Positions 37,582 to 46,965 of a stretch of 64,000 bases of DNA are shown one piece after another. Position 1 is the first letter of the stretch. Every line of letters begins with the position of its first letter. The translations under genes were made by a program, and so were the position numbers. The DNA lies in assembly GCA_900767715.1 (NCBI GenBank), contig CAAGAD010000009.1, positions 5,919 through 69,918 on the forward strand, given 5' to 3'. The notes beneath the pieces were generated by a model. That model searched no databases. It had not been told where the DNA came from and saw nothing but the letters and a program-made list of their open reading frames with translations. The stretch comes from Clostridia bacterium. Lineage in GTDB: Bacteria > Bacillota > Clostridia > Christensenellales > UBA1242.

Positions 37582-40500
37582 TGAAATATAAGATTGTAAA
37601 TATTAAATCAATAGACAGAGTTATTCCGGCATTGGTGCAAGAAATAAGATTGCACGATTTTTCCAGTGAAAAAATCACGATTGTTGTGCCGGACAAGTTT
37701 TCGTTCAGTTGCGAAATGCAAATTATGTCTGCGTTGGGGCTGAACGCCAGTTTCAACATCAATGTTGTCACTCTAAATCGTCTATGTTTGAGCCTTATGG
37801 ACGAAAACACCAAAAAGCACGTCTTGGGTATGGACGCGTCCAGCCTTTTGACCTACCAAGCGTTCAAAGATTGTGAAGATAGGTTGGAGTTTTTCAAGTC
37901 GGGTGCGCGCGACATCGAGTTCGCCAGCCATATTTATAAAACAATTGGGCAGTTTAAGTCCAGCCGTATTGACGCGGACGAACTTTTGAATTATTCCAGT
38001 CCAAACCATTTCTTGCAAACCAAGATTCGTGAACTGGGTGAGATTTACTCACATTATTCAAAGCGCGCGAGCGGATTTTTGGATTCGAGTGACATCATCA
38101 CTTTTGCCAATATGAATATCGGCGGTCTGCCCGACGTTGAAAACACACATTTCATTTTTGCCGGATTTGACGATATGACGGCGCTGGGCTATCTGTTCGT
38201 GGAGAACACTGTTAGATACTCGAAGAGCGTGTGTTGTCTGTGCTATGACACGAAAGAGAAGAACGCCTATATTTACAACCGCCAGATGAAAACTAGATTA
38301 AAAAACATTGCCGAAGTTTTGCAGATTGGCCTGGAAGAAATCGACTATCAAATGAACAATGATTTGAGCGAAATGTTGAGCAAAATTCTGTTCAATGTCA
38401 GCGCAAAAAAAACGTGCTTGCCAGTGGGTGTTGGCGTGTCAACATTTGTGGCAAAAAGTGTCAACGAAGAGTTGGAATTTGTTTGCAGAGCCATTCGCAA
38501 ATTGAACATCGAAGGCGTGAAAAATGACCAGATTGGAATAGCCATTTTTGACCTCAATAGTTACCGCAACCATTTACTCTGTTTTGCCGATAGATTTGAA
38601 CTAAAAACTTATATAGATTGTTCGACCAATTTGTGCGATTGTGAGTTGTATAAATTCGTAGTTGCCCTAGCGCAATTCGTTATCAAAAATGACTACAAAA
38701 ATTTGATAGAAATTATATCAAATAAATATTTTAATATTGACGAATTTGAAAAAGAAATAATAATTAAATTTATTAAAATAAATGAATATTATCTGGACGT
38801 AAATAAAAATAATTTTTCTTTAGATGAAAAAATAAATAATATTTTAATAAAAATATCTAAAAAATTACAAATTTTATTGCAAAATAACGATATTATCAGT
38901 AATATTCGAGAATTTTTATTAAATTGTGAAATAGAAAATACGCAAAATAAATTAAAAGAATATTATTTAAAAAATGGTAATTTATATCAATTAAAAATTA
39001 CTGACCAAATAATAAATAAAATCGAAAAAGTATTTGACGATTTAATTAAGTTTTGTGACATAAAAACAGTGCAAGAATTTTTGGACTGTTTCAAGGTGTG
39101 TTCGGCGGGTGTGGAGATTATGCCTTTGCCTATCTCTTTGGACACAATTTTAGTTACGGACGCGGACGCGAGTTTTACCAAAAAAGATTATATGTTTGTT
39201 CTCAACTGCAACCAGTCAACAGCACCGCATTACAACCTCGACAATGGTGTCGTGACGGACGACGAAATTTTGAAACTAAACATGTCGCACGATTTGTCGC
39301 CAAGCATTAGTCACATCAACCTTTTGGCGCGTTTCAAAATGTTCAATTTGGCACACCTATTTAACAATCGTTTGGTGATAACCAACCACGAGTCAAAACT
39401 GGATTTGATTAGTCCGCTCAGCAAAGAATTTGTGGATAAATTTGATTGCATAATAGGTGGGGAAAAGAAGCCGTGTTTACTATTTAATTTTGCCGACATT
39501 GAAAGGCGTGCGATAGGTGGTGAGTTTGAGACCATTGCGCCAAATACCGAGTTGGACGCGTCCATATTCTTGACCAATTATTCAAACAAGCAAAAATACC
39601 CAGCACTATACAATAAAGTGCAATCAATAATCGGCAAGGAAGATATCTGTAATTTCGCCGTAGAGCCAAACGAAGCAGTGTTCAAAAACAACACGATTTC
39701 GGCATCGCAACTGGAAACATATTTCCGTTGTCCGTTCCAGCATTACGCCAGATATATGTTGCGTTTAAAAGATGAAGAAAAGGTTGATTTGCAGGCGTTC
39801 GACGTCGGCAATATTCTGCACCAAGTGGCTGAATATCGATTCAAATATAAAATGCTGAACGACAAGCAAGTGGTTGACAAGGCATTTGACGACTACTTTT
39901 TGGACGAGAAACACAATCAACTTTTGAATGCGAGAAACCGTCCACTTTTGGCAGAACTAAAGAATGAAGCACTAAGATTTTTGAAAAAGTGTGCATTTAT
40001 AGATAAAAACAGCGAGTTTGAAACAAGATTCGTCGAATGTAAACAATCTAACGCAAAAATTAATTTCACAGCGAACGGCAAAAGCATAGATTTGTTTGGC
40101 AAAATCGACCGCATTGACACCTATGGCGACACCTTCCGCATTATAGACTACAAGACAGGCAAGCGCATTTTGTCTCACTATAAAGATTTGTATTACGGAC
40201 AAAAAGTCCAGTTGTTTTTGTACGCCAAACTGGCAGGCATTTATCTTTGCGAGAAGATGAAACGAAACTATGAATGTGCGGGGCTATTCTATATGCCAGT
40301 GCGTAGTGAGTTTTCGGGGGATAAGAAAGCATTGCTCGAAGGACTTTATGATATGCGCTCGTCAAATATTTTGGCAATGGACACGCGTATTGTTGACAAT
40401 GAATACAAGAGTCAAATCATTCCTATAAGCATTGCATCAGCGAAATCGCGCGACACGGGTGAAATCGTCGTAAACGGCAACGATTCGCACGCGCTAACTA

Positions 40501-40712
40501 CCACAAAACTGAACGGGCTAATAGATTACTCAGTTAGGGTGAGTCAAAAGGCGGTTGAGCAGATTGCAGACGGCTACATCACGCCATCTCCTATGGAAAA
40601 AGCGTGTGAGAGTTGTCCATACATTGCACTATGTCGCGTGAATGGGCGCGGAATCTTGCCAAGGCAGATGACGCAAGGCGTCAATTCAAAAACTAATTTG
40701 GAGGTGGACTAA
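37581..40712 (+). CDS. addB: Helicase-nuclease complex subunit B (AddB/RexB), Fe-S type nuclease domain
   Basis: 1043 aa directly upstream of addA. C-terminal RecB-like nuclease (GKIDRIDTY...IIDYKTG) with Cys pattern FRCPFQ...CESCPYIALC. No intact N-terminal Walker A is visible. Confidence 0.85.
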   Translation: MKYKIVNIKSIDRVIPALVQEIRLHDFSSEKITIVVPDKFSFSCEMQIMSALGLNASFNINVVTLNRLCLSLMDENTKKHVLGMDASSLLTYQAFKDCEDRLEFFKSGARDIEFASHIYKTIGQFKSSRIDADELLNYSSPNHFLQTKIRELGEIYSHYSKRASGFLDSSDIITFANMNIGGLPDVENTHFIFAGFDDMTALGYLFVENTVRYSKSVCCLCYDTKEKNAYIYNRQMKTRLKNIAEVLQIGLEEIDYQMNNDLSEMLSKILFNVSAKKTCLPVGVGVSTFVAKSVNEELEFVCRAIRKLNIEGVKNDQIGIAIFDLNSYRNHLLCFADRFELKTYIDCSTNLCDCELYKFVVALAQFVIKNDYKNLIEIISNKYFNIDEFEKEIIIKFIKINEYYLDVNKNNFSLDEKINNILIKISKKLQILLQNNDIISNIREFLLNCEIENTQNKLKEYYLKNGNLYQLKITDQIINKIEKVFDDLIKFCDIKTVQEFLDCFKVCSAGVEIMPLPISLDTILVTDADASFTKKDYMFVLNCNQSTAPHYNLDNGVVTDDEILKLNMSHDLSPSISHINLLARFKMFNLAHLFNNRLVITNHESKLDLISPLSKEFVDKFDCIIGGEKKPCLLFNFADIERRAIGGEFETIAPNTELDASIFLTNYSNKQKYPALYNKVQSIIGKEDICNFAVEPNEAVFKNNTISASQLETYFRCPFQHYARYMLRLKDEEKVDLQAFDVGNILHQVAEYRFKYKMLNDKQVVDKAFDDYFLDEKHNQLLNARNRPLLAELKNEALRFLKKCAFIDKNSEFETRFVECKQSNAKINFTANGKSIDLFGKIDRIDTYGDTFRIIDYKTGKRILSHYKDLYYGQKVQLFLYAKLAGIYLCEKMKRNYECAGLFYMPVRSEFSGDKKALLEGLYDMRSSNILAMDTRIVDNEYKSQIIPISIASAKSRDTGEIVVNGNDSHALTTTKLNGLIDYSVRVSQKAVEQIADGYITPSPMEKACESCPYIALCRVNGRGILPRQMTQGVNSKTNLEVD

Positions 40713-43700
40713 TGGCTGAAATTAAATACCACGAGAATCAGCAAAAGATTTTGTCGCCCAAATCGGTGAATGAGTTGGTAAGCGCGTCAGCGGGCAGTGG
40801 CAAAACCACAATAATGGTGCAAAAAATCACAGATATGCTCACTAGCGGGCAAGTCGCACCGAGCGAAATTATGGTGGTAACCTATACCATTGCGGCAGCG
40901 GACGAAATGAAATCTCGACTTAACGCGAATGTGGACAACTATGCGCGTCAGCACCCCGAAGAAGCGGACAAAATGACGGCAGTTAAGGACGGGTTGATTA
41001 GCGCCAGCATTGGCACAATTCACGCAATCTGCCTGCGCACAATTAAGAAATATTTTTACGCGCTGGGTGTGAATGCTAACGTGAGCGTTATTGAAGGTGC
41101 GCGTGACCGCTATTTTAGAAACCAAGCGCTTGCACAAACGGCACAAGAGTTTGACGCTGTCGCCCTGCAACGCCTTTTGCAAATTTTCGGCAACAACAAG
41201 CGAGATATGAGCGTCTTGTTTGAGAGCGTTGAGAGCGTGCACGATTTCGTTGCGAGCCTTGATGACCGCGATGAGTTTTTGAATAAAAGCGAGAAGTTTT
41301 ATGCGGACGAAAACCTTGCCAAAAATGAACTATTGAACATAGCCAAAAACACGGCGAATAAATACATCGAAAACCTAACAAAACTTGACCTTGATTCGCA
41401 CGAAAAATTGGACGCAATTCGTAATCAAATTGTTACCATTTTGCAGTCGATTAATTCGGTCAGTGAATGGGATATTTTAGTGCTACATTTACAAGCCCTT
41501 GCCGATATCAATTTTAAGGGTGTTCGTAGCGCAAAAGAAATTCCAGATTATGCGGAATTGCAAAATATCTTATCTAATATAAAAAATAATTTAGTCAAAA
41601 ATTTCGTGGAAATTAAATTATTAAATGATGAAGAAAAAAATAATATTGTTGAAATAATTTCATATTTTACAGATTTTGTGCGTAAATTTAGTGAAAATTT
41701 TGAAAAAAACAAGCAAAAATTCAATGTTTTAGATTTTAATGACCTCGAATTAAAAATGTTGCAATTATTAAAAAATAACGAAATTGCGAACGAATTAAGA
41801 CAAAATTATAAATATATTTTTGTAGATGAATTTCAAGACGTAAATAGCGTTCAAGGTAAAATTGTTGAACTCATTTCCAACGGCAAAAATCTGTTTTTGG
41901 TGGGCGATGTAAAGCAGTCGATTTATGGATTTAGATTTGCCAATCCAGAGCAGTTTGTCGGGCTGTTTAACGACTATCAAAACAATGCCGATTTGGGTGT
42001 GGCGGAACAGATGAATGTGAACTATCGAACCAACCCAAAAATTCTCAATTTCGTCAATCAAATTTTCAACAAAATTATGACGAAAGAAAACAGCGGAATT
42101 GCGTACAAGGATAACAGCGAATTTGAGCCAATGCGCGACGACATTGTTAGCCCAACGAGTGTGGAAATTGACGTCATCGTCAATGAAAAGCAAAAGCGCG
42201 AATATGCACAAAGTCTGCCCGTCTATTCGGTGCGTGATGACACTGACCGCGACAACCGTTTGACCGATTCAATCAAAATGGCGAAGTTCGTGGCAAATAA
42301 AATTAGTTCGCTAATCAACACAGAAATCTACGATACCAAAGCGAAGAAAATGCGCAAGGTGGAATATAAAGACATCAGCATTTTGTCACGCAAACTTGAA
42401 TCGCAAAAGGTGCGCGACCTAATCGAAGAACTCAAATCTAACCAACTGCCAGTGACTGTCGAGCAAAATATTGACGTCGGGTCGAGCGAAAGCATACAAA
42501 TTTTGCTTTCGCTGGCGAAACTTATCAACTACTCCACAGCCGACAACGATTATGTGAGTGCAATGTTGTCATTCGGTGGATTTAATTTCCAACAACTCAA
42601 CATCATTGCGGGCGAGAAAGGCGAAACCTTTGTGGATAAAATGCGCGCGTACTCGCATAACGATGAACTGACAGGTAAGATTGCCGAGTTTATAGAAAAA
42701 ATTTCAAATTTGAGATACGACCTTATCAATAAATCAATAAAATGCATATTCGAGAGTTTGCTCTACAAATACGGCTTGTACAACTATATCGCCAACTGCG
42801 AAAACGGTATGGAAGAAATTACGGTGGTGCAAGACTTTTTGTCGTCAATCAGCGAAGATGAGAATGAAAAATCCTTGGCTGACTACCTTCTCACACTTGA
42901 CCAAGACGCCAACAAAAAGCACAAATCCACAATTTCCACCAGTGCAAACAGCATAACAATTCAAACAATCCACAAAAGCAAAGGTTTGGAATACCCAATC
43001 GTATTCGTCATTGATTGCGGTGCACCATATTCAAAGACTAGCACGACCAGTAAAATCATTTGCAACGCACAATACGGCTTGGGAATAGATTATTACGACA
43101 CAGACGAGCGCGCAGTGACACCAACGCTCGAAAGGTGCTTGTGTGAAATGGCAACGCTCGGCAAGGAAGCCAGTGAAGAACAGCGCTTGTTGTATGTGGC
43201 AATGACGCGTGCGCAAAACCAGTTGTATTTGGTGGCGCAGACGAGCGAAAAGGAATTGCAACCAAAGGCGCTTGCTGACTGCAATAGTTATTTCTCAAAC
43301 ATCGTGTATGGCTTGGGGCTAGATTTGAGCGCGCAAACAGATATGCCGGTTGCCAACGGATTAGTGCATTTTGTTTTGCCGGACGAGATATGTTTTGACG
43401 AACAAGCCGAGACAGAAAAAGTCAAAGATGTGAATATTGATTCAATCGCCAAAAACATTGCATTCAAATACGCGGGCGTCACCGAACAAATCAGCCTAAA
43501 AAATAGCATTACGCAGGTCACCAAGACGCTTGCCGAAGACGCCTATGTGCCAACAAAAATGTACACGCGCGAGAGCATTGGTGCGAGTGCGGAAGAACCA
43601 AATCTTGGCACGCTTTACCACAAGGCACTGCAACTGGGCTTGACGACGGACAAGGCTCAATCTTATGCGTCATTTGAGGTTTTTGCAAAGGAGAATGCCG

Positions 43701-44062
43701 ACATTGAAGAAGATTTGCTTGACCGCACATTCGACGCATTAAATCCACTTTTTACCCCAGACTGCGAACTCAAAAAAGAAGCACAATTTATGATGTGCGT
43801 GCCATACAACAGCCTTTACGCCACCAGCAACGCGACTGACAATGTCCTTGTGCAAGGTGTGGTCGATTTGATTATCGTGACGGCGAACGGCTTAATCGTG
43901 GTGGATTACAAACTTTCATCTGCCAGCGCAACCACTTTGAAGGCTAGATATAGCCCGCAATTACAGTTGTATGCCCGTGCGTGCGAGAGTGCATTCAAAA
44001 AGAAAGTAAAAGCAAAATACATTTACTCGATTAAATCTCAAAAATTGATTGAGATAGAATAA
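40712..44062 (+). CDS. addA: ATP-dependent helicase/nuclease subunit A (AddA, UvrD-like)
   Basis: SASAGSGKTT Walker A, YIFVDEFQDV motif II, and a C-terminal nuclease VQGVVDLII...VVDYKLS. Its start overlaps the addB stop. Confidence 0.92.
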   Translation: MAEIKYHENQQKILSPKSVNELVSASAGSGKTTIMVQKITDMLTSGQVAPSEIMVVTYTIAAADEMKSRLNANVDNYARQHPEEADKMTAVKDGLISASIGTIHAICLRTIKKYFYALGVNANVSVIEGARDRYFRNQALAQTAQEFDAVALQRLLQIFGNNKRDMSVLFESVESVHDFVASLDDRDEFLNKSEKFYADENLAKNELLNIAKNTANKYIENLTKLDLDSHEKLDAIRNQIVTILQSINSVSEWDILVLHLQALADINFKGVRSAKEIPDYAELQNILSNIKNNLVKNFVEIKLLNDEEKNNIVEIISYFTDFVRKFSENFEKNKQKFNVLDFNDLELKMLQLLKNNEIANELRQNYKYIFVDEFQDVNSVQGKIVELISNGKNLFLVGDVKQSIYGFRFANPEQFVGLFNDYQNNADLGVAEQMNVNYRTNPKILNFVNQIFNKIMTKENSGIAYKDNSEFEPMRDDIVSPTSVEIDVIVNEKQKREYAQSLPVYSVRDDTDRDNRLTDSIKMAKFVANKISSLINTEIYDTKAKKMRKVEYKDISILSRKLESQKVRDLIEELKSNQLPVTVEQNIDVGSSESIQILLSLAKLINYSTADNDYVSAMLSFGGFNFQQLNIIAGEKGETFVDKMRAYSHNDELTGKIAEFIEKISNLRYDLINKSIKCIFESLLYKYGLYNYIANCENGMEEITVVQDFLSSISEDENEKSLADYLLTLDQDANKKHKSTISTSANSITIQTIHKSKGLEYPIVFVIDCGAPYSKTSTTSKIICNAQYGLGIDYYDTDERAVTPTLERCLCEMATLGKEASEEQRLLYVAMTRAQNQLYLVAQTSEKELQPKALADCNSYFSNIVYGLGLDLSAQTDMPVANGLVHFVLPDEICFDEQAETEKVKDVNIDSIAKNIAFKYAGVTEQISLKNSITQVTKTLAEDAYVPTKMYTRESIGASAEEPNLGTLYHKALQLGLTTDKAQSYASFEVFAKENADIEEDLLDRTFDALNPLFTPDCELKKEAQFMMCVPYNSLYATSNATDNVLVQGVVDLIIVTANGLIVVDYKLSSASATTLKARYSPQLQLYARACESAFKKKVKAKYIYSIKSQKLIEIE

Positions 44063-44091
44063 AAAAAGAACTCGATTTGAGTTCTTTTTTA
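44061..44091. terminator. Bidirectional terminator after addA
   Basis: aaaaaaAGAACTC-gattt-GAGTTCTttttt between convergent genes. Confidence 0.75.
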
Positions 44092-44111
44092 TTTCATAAT
44101 AATGACAAATT

Positions 44112-45164
44112 TTATTTCATAAAACTTGATTGCTTACGCATATGACGAATGAGTTGACGCTTTTCGTTGATACGCACTTTTTCTTCTTGTTGCAAGCGCT
44201 TCACTTCGGCGATTTCGTCTGGTGTCATATCAGGTTTGATTTGTGGAAAGTTGTCATTCTTTGCCACCAACATAATCTCATCAAGGCGCTTGCGCTCATC
44301 GAGATATGCTTGTTTAGCATTGTTTTTCTTTGCCTTTTCGCGTTTGACACGAGCGTTGTTTTCATTGCGCTCTTTCTCAATCTTTTCTTGTTTAACGCGC
44401 TCAAGACGTTCTTGTTGAATAAGGTTATCTTCCTTGATTGCTTCGAGTTCGGCTTTGCGTTTGGCTTTGAGTGATTGAATGGCGAATTTCTTTTCGCGAG
44501 CCTTTGCCTTTTCAGGCAATACAAGACGCTCGGACAGAAATAGTTTGTTCATTTTCTCTTGTTGGGTCAAATTTTTGCTACGGCACAACTTTTGATATTC
44601 GCTAATGGTTTCGAGTGTGCCTTGGTCAAAGTTTTCACTGTTTTCGTCCATATGATACATCTCACAGAAAGTGAGCACTTCGCGACGATTTTGCCTGCGT
44701 CGAAGAGCGGGCTCTAGCACGAGTGCCATACCACCACCCAAGACAACCATATATACTGCCTTGTGGACGCCGTTAATCAAACCGATGTCGAATGGGCTTG
44801 CCATTTTGTTGACCAATAAATCGCTGTGATTGGCAGTGTCAAACGCGCTTTGCACGCCTGCCATAGAACTTTCACTCATGTGAGTGTATCGCTTCCATTT
44901 TCCGCTAATTCGAATAAAGCAGGTGTAATTGTCATCGTCAATCTTTTTGTAATAAGCGACCTGGTCTGGCGAGAAACCCGCTGGTGTAGAGTAGTCGACG
45001 GTAATGGCTTGACAAACGTACCAATAGAAGAACCATTCAGCAAACACTATGAAGGTAACCAATAGTGTAAAGATGATGACTCTTTGTATGATAGATTTTT
45101 TCAGTTGGACATCTGCGAGATGCAACTCTTGTAGTATATTCACGTGTTTGCTCCTTTCATTCAA
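44112..45164 (-). CDS. Hypothetical membrane protein with a Lys/Glu-rich coiled-coil C-terminal half
   Basis: TM helices (VIIFTLLVTFIVFAEWFFYWYV; AVYMVVLGGGMALVL) and a long charged helical tail. No catalytic motif recognised. Confidence 0.5.
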   Translation of the reverse strand: MNERSKHVNILQELHLADVQLKKSIIQRVIIFTLLVTFIVFAEWFFYWYVCQAITVDYSTPAGFSPDQVAYYKKIDDDNYTCFIRISGKWKRYTHMSESSMAGVQSAFDTANHSDLLVNKMASPFDIGLINGVHKAVYMVVLGGGMALVLEPALRRRQNRREVLTFCEMYHMDENSENFDQGTLETISEYQKLCRSKNLTQQEKMNKLFLSERLVLPEKAKAREKKFAIQSLKAKRKAELEAIKEDNLIQQERLERVKQEKIEKERNENNARVKREKAKKNNAKQAYLDERKRLDEIMLVAKNDNFPQIKPDMTPDEIAEVKRLQQEEKVRINEKRQLIRHMRKQSSFMK

Positions 45165-45288
45165 GTTTATTTTCTCATAAACGAAAATGTTTTGTCAAAA
45201 GAATATTACAATATTTTTTCATTTTCTTGATAATATTGCGAAAATATTGCCTTTACAATTTAGTATTAATGTGTTAAACTTAATATAT

Positions 45289-45678
45289 ATGGAAAACTTG
45301 GACAAAGATTACTATCTCACATCAGCCAGCGTTTTGGCGTTTGTGGGCGATAGCGTGTATAGTGTAATTATTAGGTCAGCACTTGCAGAAAAGCACGATT
45401 TTTTGGCGGGCAAACTCAACCGACTAGCCAACCTTTATGTGTGTGCCAAAGCACAGGCTCGTACATTGGACAAAATTACTCCTGCACTCACCGAGCGAGA
45501 GCACGACATTGTAATGCGCGCTAGGAACATCAGCCCAAACAATGTGCCGAAGAGTTGCACCATTGCCGAATACACAATGGCGACCGCACTCGAAGCCTTG
45601 TTCGGCTATTTGTATTTGACCAAGCAATACGACAGAATGAATGAACTTATCACAATTGGAATAGGAGAGATAGAATGA
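45289..45678 (+). CDS. mrnC: Mini-ribonuclease 3
   Basis: LAFVGDSVYSVIIRS...AKAQA...MRARN...YTMATALEALFGYLYL. Synteny mrnC-rlmB-sigH as in Bacillus. ATG at 45289. Confidence 0.85.
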   Translation: MENLDKDYYLTSASVLAFVGDSVYSVIIRSALAEKHDFLAGKLNRLANLYVCAKAQARTLDKITPALTEREHDIVMRARNISPNNVPKSCTIAEYTMATALEALFGYLYLTKQYDRMNELITIGIGEIE

Positions 45679-46373
45679 TTATTAGCGGACGTAACGCCAT
45701 CACCGAACTTTTGTGTGGGGGCAAAAAAGTGGAGAAAGTGTTATCTCTTCGACCACTTGACCGAGAACTCGTAGATTTGACCGCCGAGCGCAAAGTTCCC
45801 GTGGAAATCATTGACGACGACCAAATGCAACGTCTTACCAAGTCGAAAAAGGCGCAAGGAATGGTGGCTTTTGTGCCAGAGTTTAAATACAACTCGCTAG
45901 AAGAGTTACTCACGAACGAAGAACCATTCTTGGTGATACTGGACGGCATTCAAGACCCACATAATTTGGGCGCAATCATTAGAACATGTGAGTGCGCGGG
46001 TGTGGACGGCATCATCGTGCCAAAGAACCGCGCTTGTCCAGTGAACGAAACGGTTTATTCGACCAGTGCAGGTGCAATAGCCAATGTAAAGATTGCAATG
46101 GTCACCAACCTTAATGAAACTATTAGACAACTCAAAGACAAAAATATTTGGATTTACGCACTTGAAGCGGACGGTCAAGACATCTATTCGACCGACCTAA
46201 AAGGCGGACTTGCCTTGGTGGTTGGCTCGGAAGGGTTTGGCGTGCACGAACTCACGCGCAAGACGTGCGACGGAGTGTTGAGCCTGCCTATGTATGGCAA
46301 AATCAACAGCCTAAACGCGTCCAACGCCAGCGCAATCGCGGTTTACGAAGCCGTGCGCCAAAGGAGAAAGTAA
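45675..46373 (+). CDS. rlmB: 23S rRNA 2'-O-methyltransferase, TrmH/SpoU family (RlmB-like)
   Basis: LDGIQDPHNLGAIIRTCECAGVDGII...LVVGSEGFGV...IPMYGKINSLNASNASAI, the SpoU motifs. Confidence 0.88.
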   Translation: MIISGRNAITELLCGGKKVEKVLSLRPLDRELVDLTAERKVPVEIIDDDQMQRLTKSKKAQGMVAFVPEFKYNSLEELLTNEEPFLVILDGIQDPHNLGAIIRTCECAGVDGIIVPKNRACPVNETVYSTSAGAIANVKIAMVTNLNETIRQLKDKNIWIYALEADGQDIYSTDLKGGLALVVGSEGFGVHELTRKTCDGVLSLPMYGKINSLNASNASAIAVYEAVRQRRK

Positions 46374-46963
46374 TGACGACTTTAAATCGTGCCAAACAAG
46401 GCGATGAACTCGCTATCGAAGAGATAATCAATGAATTTCGCCCTATGCTCAAAGCGCTTTGTCGTCAATATTTCCTTACGGGAATGGATAGCGACGACCT
46501 TATGCAAGAAGCAATGCTCGGGCTGATTCAAGCGGTCAACCTTTATGATGATAAAAGAAATGACAATTTCAAGAGTTTCGCACGCCTTTGTGCGCAGAGT
46601 AAACTTTTGTCCGCATACAAAAGGCAAAATAGACAGAAATGTCTGCTACTCAACTCGGCAATAGGCATTGACAGTGAAGGCGCGCTCATCAGTGGCGACG
46701 AAAGTGGGCTAATTGTGGCAGTGAGCGACCAAGATTTTGTGGCAGATATGATGAAGAAAGAATCAAATCACGCCCGCGCAGTTGTCATCAAATCGCTATT
46801 AGATAGTGACGATTACCAAATCTTGCAGAAATACTTGCAAGGCTACAAATATGACGAGATTGCAGGGTCTATGCACATCACGACCAAAAAAGTGGATAAC
46901 CGCTTGCAAGCAATCAAGCGAACTTTAACCAAGAATAAAGACAAAGTATTGAAAGGAGAATAG
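46373..46963 (+). CDS. sigH: RNA polymerase sigma factor SigH-like
   Basis: Region 2 DDLMQEAMLGLIQAVNLYD...FKSFARLC and region 4 YQILQKYLQGYKYDEIAGSMHITTKKVDNRLQAIKR. ATG at 46373 overlaps the rlmB stop. Bacillus-like synteny. Confidence 0.8.
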   Translation: MTTLNRAKQGDELAIEEIINEFRPMLKALCRQYFLTGMDSDDLMQEAMLGLIQAVNLYDDKRNDNFKSFARLCAQSKLLSAYKRQNRQKCLLLNSAIGIDSEGALISGDESGLIVAVSDQDFVADMMKKESNHARAVVIKSLLDSDDYQILQKYLQGYKYDEIAGSMHITTKKVDNRLQAIKRTLTKNKDKVLKGE

Positions 46964-46965
46964 AT

